From NCBI GenBank assembly GCA_002633005.1, contig NMRA01000325.1, positions 1 to 64,000 of the forward strand: a stretch of 64,000 bases of DNA. The letters run 5' to 3'. The translations under genes were made by a program, and so were the position numbers. The stretch's first letter is position 1. Every line of letters begins with the position of its first letter. Below the pieces are notes generated by a model. That model had not been told where the DNA came from, did no database searches, and saw nothing but the letters and a program-made list of their open reading frames with translations. The stretch comes from Phoronis australis. Taxonomy: Eukaryota; Animalia; Phoronida. This document shows, piece after piece, positions 40,056 through 52,879 of the stretch.

Positions 40056-40267
40056 TTAAACATTACAGATAGTTACAGCGTTATGGTTGCAAGTACACAA
40101 GGTTGTGTCCAGCCTCGTGTTGCGTGCGCAAATCTGCAGATAAGTTAAGCCGTTGGGGTTATATGAAATATCCTGTTGGGTGTAGAAATGGCAATCCAGT
40201 CCAGGGACGATGCAGAGTTCATTGCCGCCATGTGTGGGGTGTGTCTGACAACATGTCCGTGGTGTAA
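40056..40267 (-). CDS. Candidate terminal exon encoding an 8-cysteine module
   Basis: Strong acceptor TCTATCACTTTACAG, then a phase-1 open frame TPRTCCQTHPTHGGNELCIVPGLDCHFYTQQDISYNPNGLTYLQICARNTRLDTTLCTCNHNAVTICNV-stop. Not in the supplied ORF track. Confidence 0.45.
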
Positions 40268-43200
40268 CTGTAAAGTGATAGACATTGTAAGTAGTGAACC
40301 AAATCTTAGTAACAAAGCTACGGGTGTGGTACTTTATTTTCGCATGTCTAAAAAGAACAAATTAACTGTTCTAAATCTCAATACATTTCACTAAAATACG
40401 TTTAAACCGAGAGGAAATTCACATCTATGGAGTTATAAATTATATAAAGCTGATAAAACTTTTCGCTATATTCTTATCACGTTTTAGTCCCTGGCACAGT
40501 TTTACTTCAGTTTTGTACTATAATTTATATACAGGAAGAATATAAATTTCACTTGTAGACGTAAATTTGGTTGAAGTCATCCCAATTCATTCAGGTATTC
40601 ACGCCGGGTGTCCACGTGTAAACCATATCCACCTACATTAACACGAGTGCTTCAGGTTGAGCACGCTATTAATAGTCCAAGCTCTCGGCTTCAAAAAGAT
40701 GATTAAGTACCATCTGGGCGCGCAACTTTAAATTATGATTCCAAGGTAAATACATCGATGCCTCTAGTTTATTGGAATGAAAGCAATCTAATCTGGCAGG
40801 TTTTGTTGTTATCCTCCCTGAAAATTACCCACTTAAGATAGGGTATATTTGCTTCAGAATTTAAACATCTGACATAAAATTTGTTTCTTGTGTGCATGAT
40901 TATGCTTGACGCAAGGTTGATATTGTTTTTGTGCAAATGTAATTTCATTGGATGACCTCATTCTGACCTCAGGGAGGCCGTCTTCAATTTTTTAATGATA
41001 ACTGCCGCTTTGAAAGATTGAAGAAACATAGGTTTCAATAAAAAGAAGTCATAAAGGAAAAATAGCAGTTTTTGTTTCGCATTTCAAACGGACAGAAGTG
41101 TGTTGTGTACAATGATTAATTTGAGAGCAGATTTTCAATATTTTTTTACAATATAAAGCAGCACTCCCTTTGGTCTAAGAGCCTGTCATCAGAAGCAATG
41201 TTGCTACGCTCACAATGTTCCAACCAACTAGTGGTAAAGTAATATCACTCTCCATACACGAAACTGGTTTTAACTGCAAATACGAAGACATCGCTCCAGT
41301 CTTACACATCCTGCAAAGGTGGTTCTCCCCTTCAATTGATGTTGCACGAAACAAAGTATGCCAGCAAAATCCTATTTGTATAAACAAACAGCATTAAAGG
41401 AGAAGGAAACCTTTTTATATCATTTTTACGAAAAATACGGTTCGTTGATTATTCCAGACACATGTTTCAGTTAATAGCAGCTTCCCGTGATTTTAGTAAT
41501 TAGTCGTGCCCTAAAGTGACCTTTAGGGAGTTAAGAATTTCCCGCCAATTTCTTCCTGCTTTCGAGTTTACTGTGAGAATCTGTTATACTGTTCTTTTCC
41601 TGCTGGTTTCCTAATATCGTCACCACCACTTCTCATTGGCGAGTATTCTACGACAACCTAGGTTGTTATAGAACTTAGTTACGTTGGATTAAGGATCGTT
41701 TAGTTTGTAGTAGACTGATGGCTGGAGTTGGCGACCCATGTCACATACACAGTGACGTGTACGGAGACATTGTTCAAAGGAGTGGTAACGAGGAATTTTT
41801 TCACGAGCAGTCAGTGGTTGGATAATGTTTGAGCCCGAGTATAGTGAGGCAGAGTACGCACAGCCAGCTGTTGAGAGAGATGAGGCAGAGACTGGCTGGA
41901 CAGAGGTGGTGGGACGTTTTGATGCAAGAGCACGGTGTGCAGTCAACTGGAATACCTGTGATGTTCCCACTGGATGGTGACCTGAGCACCGGCCAACTGG
42001 ACGACGAACTATCTTCGCCATCGGGAGTCGAATTGGGCCTGTGTTCACTCCCACTACTTTCAGGTGCTTTCAGGCTCTGTGACAGAGACAACACAAGCAC
42101 AAGGCGAATCACAGCTAGTTCCATGGAACTGCATGCTCTGGGGGTACGTTCGGAGGCACGGGTGACAGTAGACGAGGCCACAGCTCGCGAAGCTTCTCGC
42201 TACAAAAATGCTTTGTACGTTGCGTGGACGGGTAACACCGCATTCTTCACACGAGCGACCCAATTAAGTACGGCGTCAAGTGTGTCATCTTTCGGAAAGC
42301 AATGTAATGCATACCTACCCAAAATGCGGCATACCCGTCAATGAACATGCTAGGAGAGTCGTAGGTCGGTGTCGACGACGGCCAATGGTCGGAAGGGTCA
42401 AGTGAGTTTATTCATTACGCGATCGTTGACGTCATCTAGTGCTGTCTTCTTTCACAGGCTTGGGAATCGGAAGCCACATCAATTTAAAAGTTCGCCTAAT
42501 ACGTAAACGTGTAAAATATGTACGCGCTCACGCGTGTAAAACTCGCACGTGTTCACGCGTAAACGTGTAAAACATTGTACGCATTACCTACTGACAGGCT
42601 TAAGATTTCTATACTATCTGCTTCTTTTTTAGAACACCAAAACTTGATACATTTTCATGCGTTGTTAGTGATAGCCTGAAACAGGTCTATTATAACTATG
42701 CCGTGGAGTTGGTGGCTCATTTTATACGGCTGCAATTATGCTATACTATGAACTTCGTTTTGCTGCTGATCCCTAGAAACCGTGGCCACTCTTGGATTTT
42801 ATGACCTGGGGCAATGTTTCTGTACGTAATGAGTCTTTGTTTCTTTTAAACTTTTTGAAGTCTTTGATGACTTTTCGTAGTCCTATGTGTCAAACACTAC
42901 ATTAACACACTCGGATGCTAAAGCTTCGTGTAGAACAAATGACAGCATACACTGTGTAACTTCGGCAAGGGGTTTTTTCATGGCCATCCAGTTTTTGAAG
43001 AACTTTCATCCCGTCAATTCTGCTGCTGTCAATTCAGGTTGGTTAGTGCATTACAGGTCTTCTGTCATATTCCATCGACATTTATTCCCTGAATTTCGTG
43101 ACCGTGGCCCACACGGATAAGGTAATACGCCTTTCATCTGCCGTTTATTGCTTTTTGCAATAATGTCTGCCGTCTATTGCTTTTTGCAATAATATGAGTT

Positions 43201-44089
43201 TCTGACCTTCGACTAATTTGAGAGTTTATCTGGAAGAATGTAGTCATTTTCATACACTGAATACGCGAAACATGGGCCATGTAATTCCGTTGTACAAGTA
43301 AGATCATTCCTGTCAAATTGGTGACAATCACTCGGTGAGAATGCAGGCTAATATTCATAGCATTTCAACGTCAGCCACATTGAAATTTAACATGACGGTG
43401 CCCCTTGAAGTTGATCAAAATTACAAAAAATGCAGTTGCAATTACTCAAGTAGAAAAGAGCATTCATCAATATTCATTTGAGCGTGATATTTAGCGCTAC
43501 TGAGAACGACTGCAATGCAAACTGCCATGCCTTAAATATTGACTTCAAAAATGGCTCTGACTACAAAGATTATTGAACGTCTGTGAAAACGTACGGTTAA
43601 TCGTATTATTGATGATTATTCCCCCAGTTTCTATTTTCGATGGGAGCCATTTTGGATTCCAATAATTAGACCTAAATTGTTAAATATTTGAACGGCAGAC
43701 GATCTGACAACTACTGAAACCATATTATGACTATAAAATTTGTTTGCTTCCTCACTTCCTGTTTGTGAGCTTCCGCTTTCAAAACTTGACGCCATATTGA
43801 AATCCAAGATGGTGTCTATTTAGCTGGGAGTATGGAGTTGCTTTCATATAAAATTGCTTTACAAGAACCATGATATAAACATGTATAATTTTACCCTTCC
43901 AGATGGTACCAATAACTTAGTGGAATCATAGACGTCTCGTGGTTCTTCCACAAGAACAAAATGATGACATGGTCTGCTTGCACAATTGTCTGTGTGGGCA
44001 ATGTAAGGATGTCAAATGCTCACTGCCAAGGAATTCTTAAGACCACGATATTCATCGTGACCATCAGTGCAACTGCATCTTTAGTCCTG

Positions 44090-44335
44090 GGGCCCGTTCC
44101 AAGAAAACTAACTTAGCTAAGACAAATCTTAAATACCCCAGCCAATTTTAAGATTCAACTTAAATTTGTTTCAAGACCGTTTCAAGAAAAAGATCTTAGT
44201 TTGGTTTCAATTTTTTACTTAGTTTTGTCTTGATAATAGGTAACTTATCAAATGTGGAATTTCGAATTTTGGAACATTAGGCAAGTCTTAGACTTAAGTA
44301 AAAAATGAACTTAAGTCTGTTTCTTGGAACAGTCT
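44090..44335. mobile_element. Harbinger-like MITE
   Basis: GGGCCCGTTCCAAGAAAAC ... GTTTCTTGGAACAGTC imperfect TIR with CTTAAG/CTTAG subterminal repeats. Confidence 0.6.
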
Positions 44336-44495
44336 TTGAGTCTTTTGTCTTCAAATTGGTTTAGAAGGAGCTCAGTGCTATTAAAACTTGTTCCTGATAT
44401 TTTTTAACGTTGAACTGTAACTGCTTATCAATGCAAAAGCTTCCTTTGGGAAGTAGCTGATACTTTGTTTTATTCCACAGCCATCGATTTACGTT

Positions 44496-44657
44496 AGCCA
44501 ATTTAGCAGCAGACTGAAAGGAATTTTCAAGCATATTCCAGGCTTGGAGCCAATTTAGCAGCAGACTGAAAGGAATTTTCAAGCATATTCCAGGCTTGGA
44601 GCCAATTTAGCAGCAGACTGAAAGGAATTTTCAAGCATATTCCAGGCTTGGAGCCAA
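44496..44657. repeat. Perfect 52-bp tandem repeat x3
   Basis: AGCCAATTTAGCAGCAGACTGAAAGGAATTTTCAAGCATATTCCAGGCTTGG. Confidence 0.95.
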
Positions 44658-44744
44658 AAGACACTAGTCACTGATCATTATTTCATTTCAAAGGTTTCAA
44701 GCTAGTGTCTGTTAATAAGCGCAGTTATGGTGCATGCTTATTGA

Positions 44745-47700
44745 TTACTTACAGTCAGGGTTATAAATTTTCCACATGCCCGAAGCACCCCAACCGGTTG
44801 ATACACTAATGCCGGTGATCTTGTACGGAGTCTTATCCGAGTAGTACATCAATGTGGAATCGGGGGTTCCAACCTGGATAATAAAAGCCAATAGGTAAAC
44901 AATTAATCATGAGAGTAAACTGGGGTCAACGGATGGCAATTCCAAAAGCATCTTTGGTGTTATTCATAAAGCCACGAAGCTAAGGCCGCGCACGCATCAG
45001 GGTTACGCCACCGAGACCACTCTTTTCTGTTGTAAATTTTGCGGCGTTCCGGTAGCAGGGCCCCCAACCCGGAATTTCTGGTTCTGCTCGTTATTGTAGT
45101 TAAAAGGAAACGCTCATTGCTAGATGACACCACTTGACATAAGCACACACGAGCATGTTTTTTTGGACACTGAAAGAATCTTACCTTTCTGTATGTCTAA
45201 CGTCAACGATTCAAGATATTTTACAAACGCAAGAGACGTAATCAAATTATGTTAAAAAAGTATGAGAGAGCGGTTAGTTGAAATGACCCCGTGATCCGAT
45301 CTTGCTCCGTGTGAGAACGTATAAGCAGGGACTGGTGAGCCACAGAGCGTGCCCGCCCCCATAACGTACACGACCAGGAAAAAAACTCCGGCAGCATGCA
45401 ATTTTGGAGTGACGTGGGTATTTTTTCGAACCAGCAGTTTAGTTCGAAACGTGAGTTAAATAAATCATTCCGACGAAGAACGCGGTACCGCTGGTCAACG
45501 CTTGTTTTATCAGCACTTACTGGCAACTATGAACCATAGTTACGTACTCTGATTGTATTCCAGAAATCCCATGAAATCCAAAACGTTTTAAATTCATCAC
45601 ACTTCAGATATCTGCCTCTCCTCTCGGCTCTCGGGGGTCGCTCTTGTTTCTTCTTGCGGATAACGGACTTCGTATTGCCCCACCCACCGATCACAATCTC
45701 GTAAGTGTTATCTACGTCTTGGTTAACGTCTGCCATTAAATTGATGTGTGCGTCATTACAGGTTTTCACTTCGAATTTTACGTAGCGATGGCGACTGAAG
45801 TCATACTTGGAAGGGATGTACTTGTATTCGTTTCGTGTGTTTATCGTCTCGTAAGATTCGCCTAAAATACAATTGCAATCAATACACCACACTGTTAAAA
45901 TATTCTCAGAACGATTACAAATTAATTGACTGCAGGCTTGACCAACAGGCCCGTTCTGGAGTTAACTCTCCTCTTTCCTGTAGCAATAAATTAAACATAT
46001 ATTAACAATTAAGGAGAGCAATGAAAATAACAACAGAAAAGAACATACAAAGAAATAGGATACAATTCAAGTTTGTTTAAAAACGTAAATTCAATGTATT
46101 TTACAAAGAATTAAACACATAGATTATAGATACACGGGAGACCGCACGGTTAGAAAAACATAAGGCTAAGATATAAGCCAGGTGGTCACCGATACTTCAA
46201 TTAGCATGCACGCACCCAGCCTAAAAATAGGGGGCTCGAATTTTTGAGAATGTGCACCTTTTACTAAAAATGCGGGGTACGTTCAGTGGTATGAATTGCG
46301 CATTCGCCGAATTCCTGTCTTTTTAGTGGACTTTTGTCTCATTTCCTACTTTTTAGGACTTTTTGTTTCTCTGAGGCGGACCTTTTTGCCCACTTCGCCA
46401 AATGGGGGGCTCGAACGAGCCTCCCCTGGGACGCGCATGATTAGAACATGCCTAACAATAGAACGTTACGCTGAGAGCTGTAAGTGCTTAAATATGTAAT
46501 TTTTAAATAGAACCGCCAAAGGTCCCCTGTAATAAAATAAATACATGGAAATGCAAAAATTGACAGGGATAAGTGAATAGGCCAAAACAGGAAGAGACAA
46601 AATTAGAGGTGTACTGGCACAGCTCAGGACAGTTTGGGAACACAATTAGACGCTGTTACATTTGAAGCAATTGAAGATAAGACAGATTGGATCGTAGTTG
46701 CTAATTTTAAAATTGGTTAAGAACCTGCAACAATACTAGTACAGTTAAAATCAGGGGTACGTGAAAAGCAAATCAGCTGTGCTCCTGGACTAGCCTTATT
46801 AGCGTTAGAGTTTGATGTATAAGTCTCACACCACTTTTTAATGGTCGACCAAGGATGAAGTTGACCGGTGTATTTAAATCAGGTGAACACGTCACTTATG
46901 TTTTTACAATCTTAACTGGCGTTACTTTAGTCATAATTCAAAAATAACGCAGGTTTTGACTCGTGATCACCATGGCAACTGTTCACGATATCACTCGAGC
47001 AGAACACTATGTTTTGGTTAACACAACAGCTGTGCTACCACGCCTATATATAAAGCTATCCAAATCGAACAAGGTGCATCTGAAATCGTTGAGCAGTTGT
47101 TGAATAAATATCGTACAAGAAATTGCAGAAAATGACAGAAATAAGAGAATGTAAAAACATTTTAAAATCTGGTAAAATGTATATTAAAAACACTAGTTTT
47201 CGAGCCTTAATGGGTGCGCCTCTTCATCAGGTGTGAATACAAGTGGCGCGAAAGGCTTATTTATACTAACCTGTTCATAACTGAAGTTTGGCACATGTAA
47301 TCCTTTTGCGTCACTTGTCTTCACACCTGATGAATTGTCGCACCCATTAAGGCACGAAAACTAAAATTTTTAAACGGAGTTTAAAATGTTTTAACCTGCT
47401 TCTGCATTGTCTAACTTTCTTCGGCCTCGAAATATATGTCATCTTAATATGGAGAATGAGACAATTTGAAATGTTGAAAAATAAGACCGGTACTTTATTA
47501 TGGTAAAAATGTGACCAAATGGGCAAGTTTTTGAACAGTTCACCCAACCCTAATGATATGGAGACTGGAGGCAAGACAACTCAGTAAGAACACACGTGCC
47601 ACCTTTCATTATCATGGTTCCTTAAGGTGGCACTTAAATATTTACGTAACAAATATTTGAACTTTGAAGTATCCACTTTGAACGTGTTTGTGATCAGAAA

Positions 47701-48378
47701 GACATCTTACTAACGAAAACAACTTAAAATTTGTAAAATCAACTAAGCCACAACAAATCCGTCCTCCATCACAAAAATGATTTAGACCACTTATCGTATC
47801 GTTATGAAATTGGCCACAAATTGCTCCTTAGTCAAATTGGAGACACTTTCGGGGCATCATGGCTTGTAACTGCGCATCAATTTGTACGTCGGAGCATGGC
47901 CTGAAGAAATGACGAACTGGCTTCATAATATTCCTTAACGTGATAGGATTTTATTTCCGTTACCAACAAAAACATAAAGATTTTCTCGAGTTGATAACAA
48001 CACACGTTCAATCGTTTTTCACGGGGACTTAGTAATATAGTCAATTTCCTGTCTAAAAAGCACTAAAATGTAATTCAAATTATACCATCAAACCCTCAAC
48101 AATGAAATCGTAACTTACTCCAAGCGTGGTTTACGGACATTTACATTTATTACACTGAGACCATCGCTACCAAATTTTGGACGTCAGTTGACACCGCCTT
48201 ACTACACAGTATCATCTTTTGTGTCAGGAAGGCACCCAGTGAAAGTCATGAATTCCTTGAAAGTCGTGATCCGATTCGAAACCATCGGGCCACTCACTAC
48301 TTTCCAATCGTTAATATTTAAAACGTTACCATGACAGTAGTAACTGGTAATAAGCAGCACCAGAACAGGAATCCACAT
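44745..48378 (-). CDS. Secreted FAMeT (Methyltransf_FA / DUF3421-associated) domain protein, at least 163 aa
   Basis: Exons 48330-48378 (signal peptide MWIPVLVLLITSYYCHG), 45548-45861 (FEVKTCNDAHINL...YEIVIGGWGNTKSVIR...CDEFKTFWISW) and 44745/44753-44873 (VSTGWGASGMW); phases 1,0 match. Ends at TAA 44745 or splices on from a GTAAGT donor after 44753. Confidence 0.85.
46205..46439. mobile_element. MITE with CATGC...GCATG ends, 5-bp TSD
   Basis: TIR CATGCACGCACCCAG / CTGGGACGCGCATG. Perfect TSD ATTAG. Left part recurs at about 62182-62255. Confidence 0.85.
47150..47395. mobile_element. Inverted pair of Penelope-type pseudo-LTRs, each with a hammerhead-like core
   Basis: Arms 47193-47260 and about 47296-47363 are inverted copies. 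Each reads CACAC-CTGATGA...GAAA-ACTA pointing outwards. Confidence 0.65.
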
Positions 48379-48907
48379 CTTGAAAACCCTGTAATAAAAC
48401 CAAAATGTTAAATAGAACAACCCTTTCCAGTCATCCATTGCCGGGTTGGCAGTGTTTCCATACAAATACATACGTACGTACATACATACATATGAATGCA
48501 TGTTACATACCTGTACATGCTAAATTTCCTATTATGCACAACTGACAACTTTAATCGTATTTTTTATGAGCAGGTTCTATTTGAATTTAAAAAATGATTG
48601 AATTCCTTTATAATTTGAATTCATTAAGAACTTACATAAAATGCTTTTGTTCGATTATCCTTCGAAAGTGTGCTCATTGTTTGGACTTACAATGTCCACC
48701 GTATGAGAACTCAAACCAGCGGCATATCAGTTTATAGTTTATTAGCTAATTTGGATTAGTAAAAACTGTCGCCAAAAATACTTCCAACAATACGCATTAA
48801 GAATATTTTAGCCAAAATATTTAGTTAAAAGTTATTAATAAAAATATACATCAGCGCTAGAATATTTTCCCGTGCGATACTTATTGTACCAAATGATTTC
48901 CACTTAC

Positions 48908-48979
48908 TGACTAAAACTTGTCTCGGCAACTGATTCGCTCCAGAGAAGTACATGGGAGCGCCAACCACTCTAATTTATA
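48908..48979 (-). promoter_or_regulatory. TATA box and probable non-coding first exon of the FAMeT-domain gene
   Basis: TATAAA on minus at 48974-48979. GTAAGT donor after 48908. TTTTATTACAG acceptor before 48388, 10 nt ahead of the ATG. Confidence 0.5.
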
Positions 48980-51900
48980 AGGTGCTATTGACGTAGTCAT
49001 GCCGTCGTTGACATGATTGGGTAGATGTATGTCCAGTCCAGTTTACTGAGAACAAATAGCTGATTTGGTGAGGTGACTAAAGCAATAAATCTTTTCCGAA
49101 ACCTTTATGAATGTCGTAAACACTTACACTGGCTCTAGACGGTCACATTTTTAGTAAATAGCTCTTATAAATTGTCAAGAATACAACTAAGTGCAAAACG
49201 CACCTGTATTAAATGTAAAACCTGCGTCATCAATATAAATACTACACGCTATTACATTTGAGTTCATAGGACCATTTCCGCACTGATCATTACACGATGC
49301 TGACTTTATGCTTTAGCGAATATACTGGTTCCTTGACATTGCATTGTGAAGCAGGTATCTGAAAGGTCCGCATAAATCTCGAAACGTAACCGCCATTTCT
49401 GAGATATGAAGGAAGAAGATTATAAAATGGCCATTGATAAGCACAAAACTATATGAGCGTGAAATTACCAGCGTACAACTTCTTCAGAGCTCACGTGACC
49501 TACACTGCCAAACCAATTTCTCATTGGATATAACGATTAAACTTGTAAAACAGGAGTGACTAACTCTCGGTCGTACATGTAAGGCGGGCAAAAGGTACAT
49601 TTACCCGAACGGCCGCGCACGATGGTTTATTGGTCAATGTGATAAGTAGTATCAGGAAGAGTGGTTATCTCTTCCTGGTAGTATGCATAAGAGTACGCGA
49701 GGAACCGTAAAGATTTACAGCACATTCGGAAGGTAGAGGCAAGCGATATGAGTAACAACGAAAAAGAGTCTTAGTTATGGGAACCAGCTTTGGATGAAAC
49801 CACTGAAAACATTCCACTAAGAAGCAAAGCGGTAATTGAATCCGCCCACTTGTTGTGACATTAACGTGAAATTCTCTTGGGAGATACAGTCGCAGTTACA
49901 AACTGAATGCCGCTAGAACGCACCACAGTAGCGCAGCCCGTCCGAAAATGAACTCCACTCACGACATGCATGCACTTGTTAGTGGGAACACGGCATCTGC
50001 CAATTCTCCATTATAATCTGAGCGATTTGGAATACAGATGCTTAGACTGGCGACAAAATGTAGACTCGAAAATAAACAAAACGGACACTATATTGGTGGC
50101 GTCAAACCGTCCAAAAATGGAAAGGGTCCGTCGTCTCCATAATAAAAAACATACTTGCCAAACTTCATAAAAATATGTTAAGGAATAATGAAGATACAGA
50201 GGCAAATGACAATGTATAAAGTAAACTAAACGCCTGCCAATTTTCATAGTAGTAATCCCTCGAGTATTAGCAAAAAATGAGGATGACGATAAAAACGGGC
50301 TCCAAAATAACAAAAATGACCGCAAGGTGGTGCGAAATGTCAAATCTTTCCATTGTGTACTTCATCGAAACTATTTGTCACATTTCATGCACGTCTATGA
50401 ACTGTGAAGATAAAGAGACAAACACTGAAATTGCTACTTAAGGAAGCACAGTGGGGTAGTTGAATCGGTCCAAAACTCATCATCTGTCGTCAACTTCATA
50501 GAAACCCCAGACCACCAGAAACACATTTGGCAAATCTCCCTATAAAGGAGTAGAGGTACAGCAGCGGACGCCAGACCCCCAGAAGGATCACCGCATATCG
50601 TAGTAATTTCAAAAGCCGTCTTGCCATGCAGGCAGCGACGTATATTCTTTTAGTCACCACTACTACAGAAGCATGAACAAACTACTGTTTGACATCACAT
50701 CCCATGCAATAGATTTCAGTAGGTGCTTCCATCATAGATGGAGAGCTGGCTGCTCACGAGAAACACGATTAAGCGCAGCAAGGAAACAAAAATACTAAGA
50801 ATAATTGCAGTATACGGCAAACGCTAATCAACGTTAAAATCGATATTCTTTACATTCTGCTCACAAACCTTGGGGGACGCTGACGTCACGTGCAAACTTT
50901 GTGAGGACTCTCACTATTTTGGAAGCATTTTAAAACAGTTTTGAATTTCTCATTTTTTAAAATAACTGCAAGCCATTTCTTGAAAAAGTTATTTGTTTAT
51001 CATAAATATTTGAGAACCTTTTACAAGCACGCCAACATTAATAATGGATGTCAACAGCACACTTGACACTGGACTAGTGATTAAGTCAGCCGTGCAGTAA
51101 ATTATGTCTTCAACAATAAGCAATAAATTTTACTTTGTAAACCAATACAAACACTGCTAAGCCAGAAGATCATTTCTTGGTACACGTTAAAACACTAGAC
51201 ATCTTCGCATAACTCTCTGATCAGGTATGTGCACAACTAAATCATTTCCTAATTTTGACTGGGTGGAACACTTTTGAAACAATTCAGCCAACATGGTTTT
51301 GTTCAGCTCGACACTACAACCATATTTGTGTGCACTCCTGGTCCATAAAACAAAACACCAACTTGAAGCATTTATAAAAACTTAGCAAAATTAAACACTG
51401 ATAAAACTTAACTTCAAAGTTGATGTGTGGTTCCTAGCTCTCATTAAATCTGTTAATTTACACAATGGTTGCCTGCAACAATACATGGTTTACAATATTC
51501 TGCATTCAGTATAACCAGTGCATAAAATAATTATGTAAATGAGTGGGATTAACCTTGGAACACAACTCATTCAAATTGCAGATTCAGTTTCACAAACAAC
51601 GCGACACCCATATTCATGTGTATGGTGTCTGCATTACATGCCCATTGCTTGTAATTTTCAGGGCAAGATTACCAATACACACCCGTGATTCACCACATGC
51701 ACAGCCCCAAAAAGCCAGAAAATATCGTCAGGCTGTGCTCAGCTTCTCTGGGCAGAGTGACTGGTGTCTGTTATGATGAATATGTTATATGTAGTGGACA
51801 GGTGCTCAAAACAACAAGTGTGGGTATGGTTTGCATTATTTTTCTCCATGAATGCAAGAAAACATCTTGAAAATTACCTCCGATATTATATTAAAAGTTT

Positions 51901-52254
51901 CCTTGTTTCAATTTAAAAGTTAGGATATGTGAACAGTTTTGTAATAGGCCAGTCATGAAAATTACAGAGCTGTGACATTAAGTAGGCACAAAATGCCATT
52001 CTACGCGAATTTTCCACCAGGCACTGTAGAGATAAGGCAATACATTTCTGGACATAAATTTCAAAACTTATGGCTCATGAGGTTGCAAGCATTTCATATT
52101 CACTCAGTAATGTGAAATCCGTAGTAACACTAGTTAAGTAGCTTCTTGTCTCCCAATCTAAACTGAAAACTGAAAATTTTACTATTGCATTATGACACAC
52201 ATACTTGGGAATGAAGTTCAACGTTTTCCTGACAAAATGTTGTTGAAAAATATC

Positions 52255-52284
52255 TGTGTGCGTGTGTGTGTGTGTGTGTGTGCG
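52255..52284. repeat. (TG)n microsatellite
   Basis: Direct reading. Confidence 0.9.
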
Positions 52285-52529
52285 TATTAGGGCCCAATGC
52301 GCCTATACCAGAAATAATGCATATTGCTCTTCAGTCAGTTTTTTAAAGTGTAACACTGTAGGCACATAGCAGAACTCGGACACAACACAGGCACAGCTTC
52401 ACTTACAGGTGCCTGAAGCAAAACACTCATATAAAGTAGGCACAGCTGACAACTGTCCAGCACTCTACAATAACTACATGTCATTTAACTACACAAACAC
52501 ACATCCATCAGATGCTTATCATGCTGCTT

Positions 52530-52726
52530 CACATGATATTCACTGCAGCCACTGTGTTAGTCACATGATATTCACTGCAGCCACTGTGTTAGTCACATGA
52601 TATTCACTGCAGCCACTGTGTTAGTCACATGATATCCACTGCAGCCACTTTGTTAGTCACATGATATTCCCTGCAGCCACTGACTTAGTCACATGATATT
52701 TACTGCCGCCACTGTGTTGGTCACAT
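52530..52726. repeat. Minisatellite, 32-bp unit x6
   Basis: CACATGATATTCACTGCAGCCACTGTGTTAGT. Confidence 0.95.
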
Positions 52727-52879
52727 TTGTCACAATAAATGTTATTGCTGATGCTAAGAAATGACAATCTCTAGTTATCTCCTAACACACCTAAAACAAC
52801 TCAGAAGTATCTCATTCAATAACAGGAATACAATACATCAGTTTTTGGCCATAGTAGGATCAAAAAATGGACAATTGCG

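Noticed and set aside
48119-48329. Extension of the signal-peptide exon (ORF 48202-48501) and a WxRWSQC TSP1-like string
   Set aside because: The phase-1 donor after 48330 joins cleanly to the FAMeT exon; beyond it all frames contain stops.
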